Shown in pieces: positions 24,281 through 38,645 of a stretch of DNA of 64,000 nt. The notes below the pieces were generated by a model that ran no database searches, was not told where the DNA came from, and saw nothing but the letters and a program-made list of their open reading frames with translations. The translations under genes and the position numbers were made by a program. The stretch spans positions 6,273,757 to 6,337,756 of the forward strand of contig MU054187.1 in NCBI GenBank assembly GCA_013239625.1, given 5' to 3'. Source of the DNA: Lama guanicoe (Eukaryota). The first letter of the stretch is position 1. Every line of letters begins with the position of its first letter.

Positions 24281-25799
24281 GCCAACTGTGGGTTGGTTCA
24301 ACAAATTTGGTAGAAGAAATAAATAAATAGGTGAGTAGAACACAGGGCATAGAGAAAAGACGATTAATCAAAGCAAGGAGGGAGCCAGGTAGAGAGCTAA
24401 GAAAGAGCCAAATGGGGATGGCATTGGCAGAGAAACCAGACTCACTTGAAAAAGCAGAAAGAGTGACAGGGTCCACTGGATGAGCAGTGACGCCCATGCT
24501 TCAGAGCCTAGTGTCAGCTCTTGTGCAGATGAATGGGAGGCAGAGACAGGAGACGGGTCTGCAGGGAAGAGACCCCAGGCTGGAGATGGCGAGAGGAAGT
24601 CAAACGACGGTTTGTTTTAGGGAGCTGAGGGCAGAGGCAGAAGGTCTCAGGTGGACGGACAGATGGAGTGATCGTGGGGGGCATACAGGTGACCGAGAGG
24701 CAGAGTGAGGCAGGTGACCTTAGCTGAAATTTGGGGTAGATGAGATCTTTATCCAAAGGGGCAATCTAAAAAGGGACATATCATTTTTTCGGGAGAGAAA
24801 GCCTTCATTGATTTGCTCTGAATCCAATTATTTGGTTCAAACTGGAAGATAAATCATGGGTAAGGGAGATCAGAGAAGGAGGGTCCATGTCTAACTCAAG
24901 AGAAGGCGGGCTGAGCTTCTGTAATTCAGTGTCCTGAGACGTAAAGGAAGAGTTTCTGGAAGGAGGTGACAACATTGTTTAGCCTTCCAGGAGGGGAGCC
25001 AGTGAAAAGGGGATGATGGTAGTTGATTTAAGGGGTAAAAGTTGAGAGGCAAAGGACAACTAAGGTTGAAAGGGCTTCTCTGAGAGGCCCTTTTGTTCCC
25101 AGGCAGGATGTTCTTGCTCAGGGGTTCCAGGGGAGCGAGAGGGCACAGGCGCGGGGGAGGGATGATGGATTGCTGATGAACCTATGAAGAATGAGGCAAA
25201 GCAGCATGAAACCATTTGTTTGGGCTTTATAGATTTTCTAATAAAAACGTCAGGGTTTTTTCACACGATTTTGAAAATGTCATCAAATGCAAAACAGTTC
25301 TCCTTGTGTGGGTGACAAAGGCCGCATTTCCAATGGTAAATTCCAGCCCAAGGTGCAGTAACAAAGTTTGTCGGGTTTGCCTCCAAGTCAAACCAGGGGT
25401 CGGGGTTGGTCCAGGACCCTTCAGGGTGACCCTGCACAGTCAGTGACCCCTCCCAATAGAGCCCAGAACTTTCTTGACCGTGAAGTATTGGGGGAGTGAC
25501 TAAGGGTGAGTGCTAGCCCAGCGGGAACATCCCTGAGAGCAGGGTTCCACGTCTGAACCGTAGGCGGAGAGTGGAGTGTATCTCTGAGTCTCTGACTCAG
25601 GTTATTTCTCATGTAGTCATTCAAAAAACTCTTTCTTGTTTCTAAACTCTCCTCCTTGCAATCTGCCTCACACACTTCGTCAAAGTTATTATTCATTGTT
25701 AATTGTGATTATGATGATTTTAATGCACCTTTAATCGGGTGACAGCCCAGCTCAAAGACCTTCAGTGACTCCCCTTTGCCGTTTTGTTTGGTTTTCATT

Positions 25800-26400
25800 C
25801 TCATAACGTTTGAATTCAACCCAAGCAACCCAAGATACTAGCATTGTAAAGTGTAATTCACATCAGAATGATGAATAGGATATTTTGTATCCTTTCTTCA
25901 TACTGAGTTTCAAATCCAGTGTGTCTCATAGTTACAGCACATCTCAATTTTAAAGTTAAATTTTTACACATTACTATACATAAACTAGATAAACAACAAG
26001 GACCTGTATAGCACAGGGATCTATATTCAATTTCTTATAATAACCTGTAATGGAAAAGACTGAAAAGAAAATAGATGTATATGTGTATGTATAACTAAAT
26101 CACTTCGCCATACACCTGAAACTAACATTGTAAATCAACTACACTTCAATTAAAAAATTAAAAAGAAAAAAAGTTAAATTTTATCAGATATACTTCATCT
26201 GCATTTCACTTTCGTTAAGATTTACAGTTGTCAGAGAAGATTCACAAACCAAGTTGTCCATACATACCTTAGGAATTCCCAATAACTGACTCAAATATCA
26301 GCTTTTAGAGTTGAATTTACACTAGTTAAATCTGAATCAAATTTTTAAAAATCTTATTCATCTTGCAGAGTACCATCCCATCGTAGGGCTGGACCAATCA
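25800..26400 (-). mobile_element. hAT-Charlie1-family remnant, interrupted by an L1 3' end
   Basis: Reverse-complement similarity to the element at 2048-2548 ('tttcaaatccagtgtg...acagcacatctcaattt', 'aaccaagttgtccatacatacc'). Confidence 0.7.
25965..26169 (+). mobile_element. Cetartiodactyl-type L1 3' end with TSD
   Basis: 'gataaacaacaaggacctgtatagcacaggga...acattgtaaatcaactacacttcaat' plus A-tail; TSD aaagttaaatttt at 25952-25964 and 26170-26182. Confidence 0.9.
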
Positions 26401-27346
26401 CTCTGCTTTGCCTTTTACATCAAATGTCAGCTCCTTTGACTGGCTTTCTGAGCCCTAGTTCCTTTGCAGCCTCATCTTCTGCAGGTCGTGGGCATGTACC
26501 TCATCCCCCAGGCAGACCCCTCCAGCCTCTGCCCCAGCCCACCCTTGGCACTTCCTGGTCTCCACTGCGGGGACTTTGCCGCTGGTTCATCGAGGGTGTC
26601 TTCCCTTCACACTGTCTTCACCTATTAAAATCCCGCTGTTCCTTCCAGATTTATCTCAGAAGCCACATCTTCCATGAAATCTTTCCTGATTGTCTGAACT
26701 GTGATTATGTCAACTGTAATTTCTCCTTCCTTTTTATCCTTCAAAGCACATGGGTGCCTCCAGTTAATCCACTTTGACCGGTATTCTAGTCTAACCTGAG
26801 ATGCTCCTCTCCTTGAGGTAGAAAACAGCCTCACACATTGTCCAGCCCCCTTACATCCCATCACCTGCACTGAAGCTCCCTCGAGTTGCCTCCTTGGGGG
26901 CCACCATGATTAGGGGAGAGTGAAAGTATTCCGCTTAGAGTCAGTCTTCTTTTGGGTTCATCTCTGTTAAGTGTACTTGCTCAAAGGACCATATGTGGAA
27001 AAAGGAAAAGAAAAGGCAGGGAGAGCAGTTGGGTTTTGACCTTGGTCTGGTCTGCACATCTGCTGCTCCACATTCGACTTTTCAGTTATCTCCTCCCTGG
27101 GCCCAGAGGCAGAGGCCAGGAAAGAGAGTTGCAAATATGCTATCTTCCTTTCCCTACTGGTTCTCTGCAGCTCAGAGGAAAAAACTTAAAGGACAAAGAA
27201 GAGCACAGGGTTTCTGCAGGGACTCTGTGCACATGTGGAATTTCTGGTGGAGCTGACTCTAGGGGGTCCTGGTCCAAACGCTTCTTCTTGGATCCTCTGA
27301 GCATGAGGGGTATTAGACACAGGAAAGACTTAATTCTGGGATCCAG

Positions 27347-27350
<4 letters not shown>

Positions 27351-27392
<42 letters not shown>
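27351..27392 (+). repeat. (AC)21 microsatellite
   Basis: Directly visible. Confidence 0.95.
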
Positions 27393-27396
<4 letters not shown>

Positions 27397-27779
27397 ATGT
27401 ATGGATCTGGGGAGGGGCCAGTGGGAAAGCAATAGGTGTTACCCACGTTCTGTCCAGAAGACATAGGAGTCAACTTGACAGGCCTGCCACCTTCTGCTTC
27501 CTAGCAGTCACCGAAGTGTTGGTGGCTGGATTAGGGACGTCTAGGCGAGAGTTCTGTGATAGGCAGGAAGAAGACTTGGGGAAGCATCATGAAGCAGCTC
27601 CCAGGCACGTTTGGTCTGTTGGTCACAGAATTTGATGGTTTAGTCCTAGATCCACCAGGGGTTTATGGTAGAATCCTGAACAGCCCACCTCATGCCCCCA
27701 AGTTTTCCATATGTAGGTGGGATTATTGCCTGCCATTTCTGGCAACCTGGCCAAACATGATGACTGGAAAGAAATGCAG

Positions 27780-27870
27780 CCCTCCTGCCTCCCACCTGCC
27801 TCCCACCTTCTTTCCTCCCTCCCTCCCTCCCTTCCTCCCTTCTTTCCTTCCATCCTCCCTTCCTTCCCTC
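27780..27870 (+). repeat. CT-rich (CCCT/CCTT)n low-complexity tract
   Basis: Directly visible. Confidence 0.85.
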
Positions 27871-28200
27871 CACAGATATTTATTAAATGCCTGCCATAGA
27901 CCAGGAGGATACAGCAGAGAGCAAAACATTCAAAGACCATGACCTCATACACATGCTAGCAACAGATAGACAAGTAAAAAAAATTTTTTAAAATATTTAT
28001 TATATATATGATATTTATTGTGATAAGTGCTCCAAAGAAAGATAAAGCTGGGTGAAGGGACAGGAAGTTCTGTTGGGGACAGAGCAATCTATCTAAAGAG
28101 GCTTCATGTGAGGGGTGGCATTTGAGCAGAGCCCTGGATGAGGTCAGGGTGCCTTTGCGGGGAGCTCGGCAAAGCTCGGTACCCAGAGAGGGAAGATTTG
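27870..28200 (-). mobile_element. L2 fragment
   Basis: 'cagatatttattaaatgcctgcc' and 'gaggggtggcatttgagcagagccctggatga'. Confidence 0.65.
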
Positions 28201-31200
28201 AGTCAGACAATGTGCCAGCTGCACGATGCTGGGCAAGATGCTAAGTTTTGTTTCTGAACCTTGTTTCCATGGTTTAAAATAAAGCTGATAACGCCTCTGG
28301 GAGATGAAATGCAAGAACGCATGGCAAGGCTTGGCCTGCAGGACAAACTGGACTAGCAGCCTGCAGCCTGGGTAAGCAGATTGCAAGTCATCCTACTCCT
28401 CCTCAGGACCGCTTCAACCCCCAGTCTCTCCGGGCCTCTTTCTCCATCAATACAAGCGGGAAACAACCCCCCTCCCTGCCCGTCCTCAAAGGAACGCAGA
28501 AGGGCAGGTGAGGCCGCAAATGCATGAACACTTTGAGCCAGTTCTTGGGATGAAGGTCTGCAGAGCGTCAGAGCACTTGCGAGACGCCCACCCTCACCCT
28601 GCGGGGGCCTGGGGACAAGGACTCCAGCACCAGATCGGGTCCTTTAACAACCATGGGGTTTAGACCAAGAGGGACGAGATGGACGGAGACAGATTTGCCA
28701 GCACAATAGAGAGCTGGGAAGAGAGCCAGTCCCAGGGTGGAGGCGCGGCAGAAGGGCGGCTCCGGGTGACCGCCAGGAAGCAACAAAGCGGCAACACAAA
28801 CAGGAAGCAGGACCACTGGTGACAGGATGGGGCCCTGCGAGAGAGCCTGGCGAGGTGGCTGGGGCAGCGGGGGCGCCGGGATGCTGGGGCAGCGGCGCCC
28901 TAGGGCAGGGAGGGGGGCCTCTCAGCGCGGGGATCCCAGGTGAGACTGACATCGCCATCTAAACACTGAATAATGCTCCCTTTTACATTTTTCTTAAAAA
29001 TACAACAGAAAGCTGCCTATTTTGTACCCCTTCCCCCCACCTCTGTCGGACACTTACATGTCCACCTGCTGATTAGTGAAGTAGCTCAGCATCCCCGGCG
29101 AGCCGGCCGTCACCTCTGCTGGTTCCAGGGGCCTGGGAACCAAGGCTGCCTCATTGTTAGGAAACTGCCGGTAGGGGCATCAAGCAGGTGACTGACTCCC
29201 AAGGAGAACAGGATCTGCATCTAAAATACGATGAGTAGATTGCAGATTGATTCATGGGTCCCAGCACGGAGCAGCCCAAACTCCATTCCTCCTTCCGAGT
29301 TCCATCTCTGATCTCCTGTCAGTCTCAAAATTGATAGAACAGCCTGAAGCCATTGAACAGAGTTATGTCTGCAATCATCTTTCTAATTCTTGCATACAGG
29401 TGCCAATACGTCAAGGGGACCCAGGCAAGGGGACACCAGGGTGGCTTTATTTAGCATGATGACAAGCACACGCTTGAATAACAAGGAGTTCGTGAGCTTT
29501 GCAGCACCAGGAAATTTTTTTTTTAAAGGCCCCGGCATGGATGCCTGCCTCGCTGGCCCTGCACGGTGTGAAAAGGAGGTTGTTAACAAAAAGGTTATTC
29601 AGTGGCTCCCCGAATAAACCCAAAGGTAGCAAGTGTGGATGGAACAGATGTCAGGAGATTGAGCACTATTTTGGAAACCTGCCGAGATATTTAGAAATAG
29701 TGCTTTCTTACTAACCCAAGCATAATGCTGAAAGTCCTTTAAAATAAAAGTTCGCAGATGCCACCTGTATCTGACGTGGCAATAGGCTGAATGCCAGGGC
29801 GTCCGCCGACACTGGAAACGCTCTTAAGAAACCGCCTCGACTGATTGTTCCGGCACAAACAAATCGCAAACTAATTTATGTATTCCTGCAGCTGCACCCC
29901 AGCCGAGGCGAGGAGTCGGCCAATTCACAGTTGACTAGCGCTGCCTCCTTCTTTGCAGATTTTGGCATTTAACTGTAATTAAGATTTATTGTTCACTAGC
30001 TTGCAGGTCAGGGCAGGCATGACAATATGGGTAACTTTTCTGTTTACTAGTGAAATGTCTGGTAGGAGGAAGCCTCAAACCTTCCAAGCAGAACTTGACA
30101 GAAATAAATAGCACCTCTTCACTCCAGGACCGGTGCATGACCGATTTTAATCAGACGCGAGGGTTCTCTTTAAGGGAGGGCAGGGAGAAATCGGAAGGAG
30201 CTAGTGAACTGTGCTGTTGCTTTTGTGCCAGAAGGGTACGGGCCGGAAGCCAAATCAATTATTGCTGATCTTCTGGATTTGGGGAAGGGATTGTCTGCTC
30301 GGTGTGGGAGGGACAGAAGGGGACCTTGATGCTGACAAAGGTTCTGCAGAGACTGGTACCTGCAGGTCTTCTCGGCCCCTCCTTCCCACGGAGAGGAGGG
30401 TCATTCCTCATCTCTCTCCTCTCTCAAGGATGCCCTTGGACCAAATCAGATGGCGAGAGGAGGACGGGGGCAGGGTTCAGCAGTCAGCAGCCGCTCACCT
30501 GCTTTTCCAGGCTGTCTGCTTAGGTCCGGGGCAGGTGACCACGACACAGTGGGTGTGAATGAACAAATGGTCTGTAAGCTACCAGATGAAGGACATCTCA
30601 TCCCTACTGGTTGATTAGAAGGCAGAAATGCGGAAGTATAACGCCCTTCAGTTTTCTAGCATCTATAATTTATTATGTATTATTGTTTGTCCTTTTTAAT
30701 CAGTGCCTATACGAAATAAGAAAACATTACTTGCACAAACTGGAGATTTAGATCCTGAGTTTGTGTTTCTCTTATTTCCTGACAGAAGAGGGAAAAGAAA
30801 AATCCTCTGCAGCACTGTTGACGACAGAATATCATTTTCTAGGCTCCTGTCAACATATCTTTGTATCTCACCCTAAACTGTACATCATTCAAAGTGTGGC
30901 TTACAAAAATGTATACAACACTTTAGGAAAAAATTAAGGGTAAATGAGTGAAAGGTTTTGTGATTCTTGGCATTTTCCTGTTTCAGGTTGTCTATTAATA
31001 TTCGAGCTAACAGCTCACGGAAGTTGAGGAGGGTTTGTTCTGTTCCGTAGCGATCCAATACTTCCCCAATTTCCTTAATTAGAGCACATTTGTTTTCCTT
31101 TTTACTGGAAAAGGATCTCGAGATTCTAAGAAATACAAGGGAGATTCTGTTTTGTCATTAAGAGCAGGCTGTAAAAGCAAGCATCTTTCCCGAAGATAAA

Positions 31201-32689
31201 ATGAGAGAAATGGGTGTGAAATTCATTTTAGTGGTGGATAGAGATAAAATCTGAAAAAAGATTTAAAAGGAAACTTCCCCAAAATTTTACCAACTGAAGG
31301 TGTTTTATAGCCCTCGATACCAGATTTCTAGCCTTGTGGGATTCAGTTCAATTACACGGACACCGAATCACAGACGAGGAAAATACGACTGCAGGAGGGT
31401 GGATCCTAATAGTTAGATCCAGTCGTTAGTGGTGATTTTAACCACTTAAAGGAAAGCCAGTCCTTCATTTCACCAAAGTCACTATTATTAAGTTTAATTT
31501 TCAGATCTTGCCAGTTTAAGTCAGCATTACTCTCTCCTAAGGACGCTGGAGAGAGGCACAGAGAGGTTCAAGTGAGTCTCGACCTGACCATGAATGAGAG
31601 CCCAGCGTCCCAAGCCGCGGAACTTGGTCCTTGGTGTTGCTTTGCAAGGTGATCTCAAAAACACAAATGTCCCTCCACAGCTTCCCGAGTTGCTGATCCA
31701 AGCGAAGCCCATTGATAACAGCCAGCCTCGGCTGCCCTGCGCGCAGACAGGCGTAGAAAAGGACGTGGAGGATGCTGCAGCCATTGAGTGAGCAGGGAAT
31801 CAGGGAGCCCGGGGCTATTCAGAGCCAACCGCTGGGGGAGGCGAGAGGGAGCTGCAGTGGCTCCGGGCAGGTGGGCAGCTGGAGGAGGTCACTCTTCTCT
31901 CAGTGGGGAGGGCTCTGAGGAGGAAGCGGGGTCTCAGGAGCTGGTAGCATGATTGCAGGAGACAGCTTGATGAGATGGGACGCGGCAGGATTACAGGCAC
32001 AGGGACTCCTGCCCAGGAACGAAGACAATCTTGATGGAGGGGAGATGGTGCTTAGCTGAAGGGACAGTGGGAAGAATTCCCAGGAATGATGGTGAAGAAC
32101 GGGCCGTATCTGAGCAGGCTGCTTGGATTCTTAGCTGGCAGGAGAGTCTCACACACGCAACACAGTCACTGTCTCCCCGTCTTGCTGAAAATGTAATCAC
32201 GAGGTTACAGTCCTCAGCACTTAAGCTTTTTAAGGTTTTTTTTTTTTTAAAGAATGATATTGTGCCTGCATGGGTCACCACCTTCTTAATGAGATGTTAA
32301 AGAATGGGAGATGATTCATCAAAGAATGCCTGGAATAGGGAGAAAACGGATCAGAACGCTGGGAAGAGAAGCCCATGGTGTGAAAATTTTGAAAACGTGT
32401 TTTTTAAATTAGAGAAAAGGGGCCCTCGAGTCATTAGTATTTCTGGGGCCCTAAGCATCGGAAATTTCCTTTTACAAGGAGGAGGCTACACAACAGCTTT
32501 TGAATCTTCAAGGAAGAACATAGAGATGTCAGAGATTTCTGGTGCTTTAAATAGATATTGTGTAATAAATTCAGTAGGAATATCGATGCCTACTGATGGT
32601 GTGTGACTGGCGGCTTCCCAAAGGCCTTCCAGGAATAGAAGTTTTCAGTGCTTAGGACGTCAGAGGCCAAGAGCTGGTGGTGTGTTTCA

Positions 32690-33125
32690 CCTTGACCTCC
32701 CCTGGTTGTGAGGGTGACGCCATTCTAAATAAAAGTCCCCATCTAGGTCGAAGTCTTGACCTCGAATCCTGCTTGACCGCTTGCAGCTCTTCTGTGAATT
32801 GCCTGTTCAATCCCTTTGCCCATTTTTCCACTGGGCTCTTTGCCATTTGTTACTTTGCAGCATCCTTTGTGTAGTAGGAACATACTCTTAGCGCAAAAGA
32901 GTGCTCTCTCTCTTGCACCCTGGCCAGCACCCAGTAGAACTGCTTTCCTTAATTTGCCAATTTAACAGCCTAAAGAGGCCATCTCGATGTTTTTGTTTAT
33001 ATTTGTTTGCTTGTTAACAAGGTTGAACATTTTTTCATAGTTCACTACAGATTTATACTTCTGCAGATGTCCCCTTGCCCGCTTTGGGTGGGGGTTGGTG
33101 CTGACTGTGTTTTTCTTACTGGTTT
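32690..33125 (-). mobile_element. Old L1M ORF2 fragments
   Basis: Minus ORF 32652-32846 'EKWAKGLNRQFTEE' matches the L1 ORF2 C-terminal region. Confidence 0.65.
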
Positions 33126-36009
33126 GTAGGATGTGAACGTGTACACAGGGGCTCGGCTCTGGGTGTGGTAGCCAGTGTGTCAAGGCCACCCCAGCAGCCA
33201 GAGGAGACTGTGTTGGGGTAAATGCCAAGGACAGGATGCTGGGTCGGGACCGCAGAAGACAGGAGTGAGCTCACGTGGGGAAGCTGGCTCCAGGACTCTC
33301 TGGGGTGGCTTGTTAACAGCTGGCTTTAAAAGGGGGAGTTATCAGACCTCCCAGCCCCATGCCCCCCTCTGGTTCCCCCTGCTTGCTCATGCTGACTCTC
33401 CCTCTTTCCCCTTCCTTTGTAAGAGTGCTTACTAGATGCTGGGTACTTTATGTACTTTTTCTTTTCATTTTTTCATTTTAACAACCTCATAGCAAAGCCA
33501 TTTGTGTTTAAAAGTGAAACAATCAGGACTTGAGAAACATTATGGAAGCCCAGCCGGAGTGCTGGAGGAGGGCTTTGGGCTGCAAAGTCTGCATTTGGAA
33601 GTTCATCCCTCTGCAGACGGAATTTCAGTAGGCAGGGCAGGTATGGGGGCAGGTGGGGAGGGCAGACACTAGAGTCCGTGTCCTGCACAGGACTGCACGA
33701 CCAGACTGGGGACCGCCCTCCCCTCCTTTTCCGGTCCGTGCCAGCCCCTCCCCGCCCACGCCGTCATGTCCCCACCTGTCTGCATTGTGTCCTGCCTCGT
33801 CCCCCACATCTAGGGAGGCATTATGATTTTGCAAACCAAACACGTCCTGCTTGCTCTGGAAGATGGGCTGTCTGGAGAGATTTCCTGCAGACTGCTGCGT
33901 TCATCGTAGCTCAGGATTCTTGTAAACTGTGGTCACAGAGGGTGGCACTTCCTGCCCGAGAGGAACCGCGTCCTCTCTCTGACCTTGGTTCTATTTTCCC
34001 TTGCTGTCCGTCTTGGAATCCCTCTCCCATTTGCATCGAGATCCTTGTCCTGCCAAAGTCAGGATGCCCCTGCCCCAGGCAGGGAGAAAACAGCGTGCTT
34101 TGGAGGTGGCAGGGGACAGACAGACCTTGCAGGGCAGGCCGTGTTCCCACCTTGGTCCTCACTGGCTATTTACTGAGCGTCCCCCGGAATCACCCAAGGC
34201 AGTCAGCTCGCAACATTCCTGAGCTCCGATGTGGCCAATGACATCAGCCAATAAATACAGGTGGAAAGAGCAGGGGTTCCTTCCTGGCCCCTTTCTAGAA
34301 CCTTCCTTGAATGGCACGATTCTAATCCCCAGCTGCAGCTGAGTGTGTTTCAGGGGCTCCGTTTCAGACCAGAGCCTCTCTTTCCTCAGCTGCAAGCTGC
34401 GTTTCTGCATCTCCCTCTCCCCCTCAGTCATTCTCCTTCCAGGTTTTAAAAAGGGGAAGGGATTGGGAAGCGAATCCAAACTCTGATTTGTGAGTGGGGA
34501 GAAGGCCTTCACGTGAAGAAATAAAGGACACACATTAATAGCTCAGAAAACAATGGTAATATTTAATTAACCTTTTGGAATGGCTTCTCTGCAAATCTGC
34601 ACGTGTCAGCTCATCTTCAGAGCCGGGGACTGTGCGCGCCGGTGCCAGAATCAACATGCCGGGTCCATGCCTCCCTTCCATGGGGACTTCACCAGGCGGG
34701 CGGGGGAGTAAGACCTGCCCCCCCCCGCCCCCCACCAGTTGTTTGACTTTAAAAATTCATGCAATCCAGCTGCCCTCGTCAGGCTGGACGCGGCCTGTTG
34801 TGCTGCACATCTGAGGACCCCAAGTGGAAGCCTGGCTCCTTTCCCTGTCACCGCAGCAGACAGGCCGTGGGCCTCCTAGGGGAGCCAGGGTCAGGCCTGA
34901 TGACAGCAAAAATCAGCTCGCTGCACTTGGAGTTCTCCCAACTCCGAGCATGGCCACAGGACAAAGGGAATTAGACTCATCTGCAAGTGTCAACTCTCTG
35001 GCTTTTTTAGTGGTTTTTTTTTTTTTTCCTTTAAAGGTGGAGTGACAGGAGAAGTCAGAAAGCCCTGGGGTTGGCTCATTAAAATATCACCTGGTCGAAG
35101 TAAATTGGTGTTGATGGAACAGTTTAAGGTATTCCCCCTTGTGGGGCTGGGGTCTCAGTGCTCGTGGACTTGTTTCTCCTGTCACCGGCTAAATGGAAAC
35201 CCCTCCTTTCTGACTCTGCACCTCTGCTTTCAGGAGCAGGTCTCACAATGTTTTGAGAGGCCTGAGTTGAGAGGTGGCGGCAAAGATGTTTCATTTTCTT
35301 TTATCAACGGTGGTAGCAGAAAGGATTGGGGAAGGTGACATTTTACTCTTTGGGGCTTCCAGGAATTGAAGAGTGTGGACCTCAAGAAAATGGGTAGCAA
35401 ACAGTTGCTTTGTACTTTTAAACTGTACCTACACATTAATCCGGCAATAAGACATATTTCGAAATGTTAAAAAAAGATTGCTGTAACTTGTTTTTTTTTA
35501 AAAAGAGTCCTTTGTTGCTGCTTTATGTGTTTTGAGTCACCAAGAAAAAAAGTTTGTGGCTTTTAAGAAACACGGCAAATCTGCCAAGCTGTGGGGAGAA
35601 AGAGCCGAGGCCGGTGAAGACTTGGGCAAGGTGGAAGGTACGCTGTCGTTCAAATGAAGCGATTAATTTGATTGCTGAGCGCTCGTCTGTCCTGACAGAG
35701 AGGACACAGCGGAACTGGGCACAAGAGCTGTGCAATGACTTTCCAGAGGGAAACGCATTCATCAGTGAGGGTCCCAGGGGCCAGATGGCCAGCAGTGACT
35801 CAACCCACACGGCAGGGACCAGAACATCAGTGCCCACGATGACTCAGAAGTGTTACAAAGATCAGATCTGCTTGGTGGCAATTGTTGGCTGAGAGCCGAG
35901 GTCTTTTCAGTCCCTAAAAGCATGGAAGGTAATATAGGAAGTAAGCTTTCCTGGAGGTAGAAAGAACATTCCTGGTTTGGTTTCCGAGCCCACGTTGAGA
36001 AACCACGTG

Positions 36010-36180
36010 GTATGCTCTGAGCCTGTTCTCAGCACTTCACGTGCCTTGTCTCCCGTGATCTGCACCACAGACCTATGAGGCATTTACGAGTGGTAGCCTG
36101 ACTTGACAGGTGAGGCATCTAAGGCGCAGAAGGGTTAAGTAACTCGCCCAAGGTCACACAGGATATACTGATTCTGAGTA
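36010..36180 (-). mobile_element. MIR SINE
   Basis: 'acaggtgaggcatctaaggcgcagaagggttaagtaactcgcccaaggtcacacag'. Confidence 0.8.
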
Positions 36181-38439
36181 ACGGTCAAAGAATTGGGTTG
36201 ACAAGGAAGATATCCATTACATTCACTGGGTTTTTATTTTTATTTTTTAATGATATTCTCTGATCTATCTCATCTTTATCGTGTTTAGTAGCTGACCTGA
36301 GCTGCTCAGCCTGACTTCCACAGAGTGTGGTAGCGTTGAGAGTTTCCAATGCCCGGCTCTTCTGAGAAGCTAACCCTGCTCCTTCCTCCACTCCAGGATG
36401 TGAGAGCAGAAACAGGGCAGATCTTAGATCTGGGGGGAGAGCATATCCATCCTGAACACACTCAGGGACAGAAGCCAGCCACACTGAGGAATGAAAGCTG
36501 GGGAGAGGGGGTCTGCGTGCAGGACATTCCGTCCCCCTCCCTCTACCCCTGACAAAGAACGCTCAGCTACAGGAGGGAATCAGAAAAGGAGGCAGAGTGA
36601 TAATAAACCGAAAGGGACACTTATTTGTCGGCAAATGAGCACGGCTGCGTATTGGACTCCACCGTGCAGCCCAGTGCCCTGTCCCACCACGTTAATCTGA
36701 AGATCTGAGTGTGTGAAAGTAACTCCAGAAGCCCAGAGGGCACCGAATTGCTGAGCTAGGAAGAACCTCCACACCTGACCTGGGAGAAGGACCTGATTTC
36801 TGGCCTGGACACGTTCAAACCATCCTGGGTTCACACAATATGGCCAACTGGGCAATTTCTCAATAAGGAAATAGCACATGGATCTAATATTATGGGGTCC
36901 TGCCATCCGGAGTGTCTTAGGTAAGGGCCGCCAACACACAGAAGCTTGCTTCATCTCCTGAGAAGTTTTTTTGGCGGGGGTGGGGGGGGCCAGGGAGTAG
37001 CCTCTTCACCCAGGGCTCTTTCTGACACTGAGAACTAGAGGCCACTCAAAGGCAATGTGAATAACAAAGTCATCGGGGGCTACCGATGGTAGAAATCACC
37101 ATCGTGCCCAGGGACTCCTTTGATGGCCCATGCATTCAAGTCTGTCTAATTCCCCGAGCTGCTGAGCCATCACATTTAGCGATTAGCACTCTCTGAAAAA
37201 TCTAAGTTGACTCCCAGGAGGTGAAGGAAGAAAACTGCACGTGTATACCTAATAGCGGAGGCTGTGTGTGTGAGTGTGTGTGCATTTGTGCATGCAAGTG
37301 TTGAGAAGCTGAGGGTCTGAGCATTTCCCGAGATTCCCCGGAATACGGGAGGCTTGTGGTGCATATGGGAGAACTGACAAGTATACCAGAAGGTGAGGAA
37401 GTGGCTGGAAGCAACACTAATGCCACTCCATCTGGAAAGAAGGGGACTGTTTAGTACGTCTGGAAAGCATTATTTCTGCAAATAGCTCAACCTCTATCAA
37501 CTTTCAGGCAGGGATCCCGATCGGCTGCCAAAATGAGATCTCCCTGACGGCTCTGCAGTGGGAGAGGCTGAGCAAATGAACTCAGAGCAGAAAGCAGGAA
37601 ATCTGCGGAGATGGCAGCCGGGGAGGTACCACACAGCAAGCACCTGCTTCTCTCCAAAAAGACAGCCGGGGTTTCACATCACATTAGGCCAGGGCTGTGC
37701 TTGGGGAGGGCTGAACCTGGTGGGGTTTTGGGCTCGACAGCCATCTCCAATGATTTCTCACAATTTTTGGGCTCAGAAAAGCCCCAAATAGAGTTAGCCA
37801 AATGGCTTTCCTGCATTGATTTTTATACCCCCGGGTATTTTGCAGGAAATTAAATCCATGTGTTTCTGATTCTGTTGCCATTAGCACATGAAAACGCTGT
37901 TTTGTGAGAGTTACGGTATGCCGGTATGCCGTGGTGCCTTCGCACGGTGCTGTGAAACGCCATAAAACCGTCTACCAGACACGGAGGCACAAGAAGCCGG
38001 GTGCGTTCTGCCCACCGGCATTTCCCTGCCGCTCCAGAAGGCAATGTGTTTTTGTCATTTGCATCCTTCCTGAATGTAGCACAACACGTTTTCTCAGGCC
38101 TGTTAATCATCTATCATTTCCAATTTGAAAGAAGCCTTACTTGTGTGGAAGGTGAGAAATGGCCCTTAACCACAAAGAGCTGGACAGAATTCCTATAAAA
38201 GCAGCCACCAAGACTAGTCCTGGTCTCCAGGTCTGCAGGCAAGAAGGCCAACTAAATGTGTCCCCAGAAAGGCCCACACAGGCTCTGGTCTGCAGCCCTT
38301 AAAAGTGATAAGCATGGGCTGAACAGTCTCTTTTCTTGAACACCAAAGCTCTGGTTTTTTCCCTCCTCCTTACCTTTTCTTTCAGTTTAATGTGATCAGT
38401 GTTAATAGTGTGATCAGATGTATAAAATGTAAGATTTTA

Positions 38440-38645
38440 TGCCTAGAATTCCAGAGGAGGGAGTCCCTAATTCTGTTGTGGAAACAATGGGAGATATCAC
38501 TTGAGAAGATATTTGTGTTGGGTTTTGAGGGATGAGTAGGAGTTGGCCAAGTGGAGATGGCAGCTAGGCTGGGGAATGGCAGAGGGAATGGTGTGTGCAA
38601 AGATACAGGGTGAAAAGGAGAGCAAGGTGTTTGGGGAACTGAAAA
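38440..38645 (-). mobile_element. L2 fragment
   Basis: 'tttgtgttgggttttgagggatgagtaggagttggccaag...ggcagagggaatggtgtgtgcaaag'. Confidence 0.65.

Noticed and set aside
26952..27635. Longest non-L1 ORF (227 aa)
   Set aside because: Non-ATG start, passes through an (AC)21 microsatellite, and has no domain.
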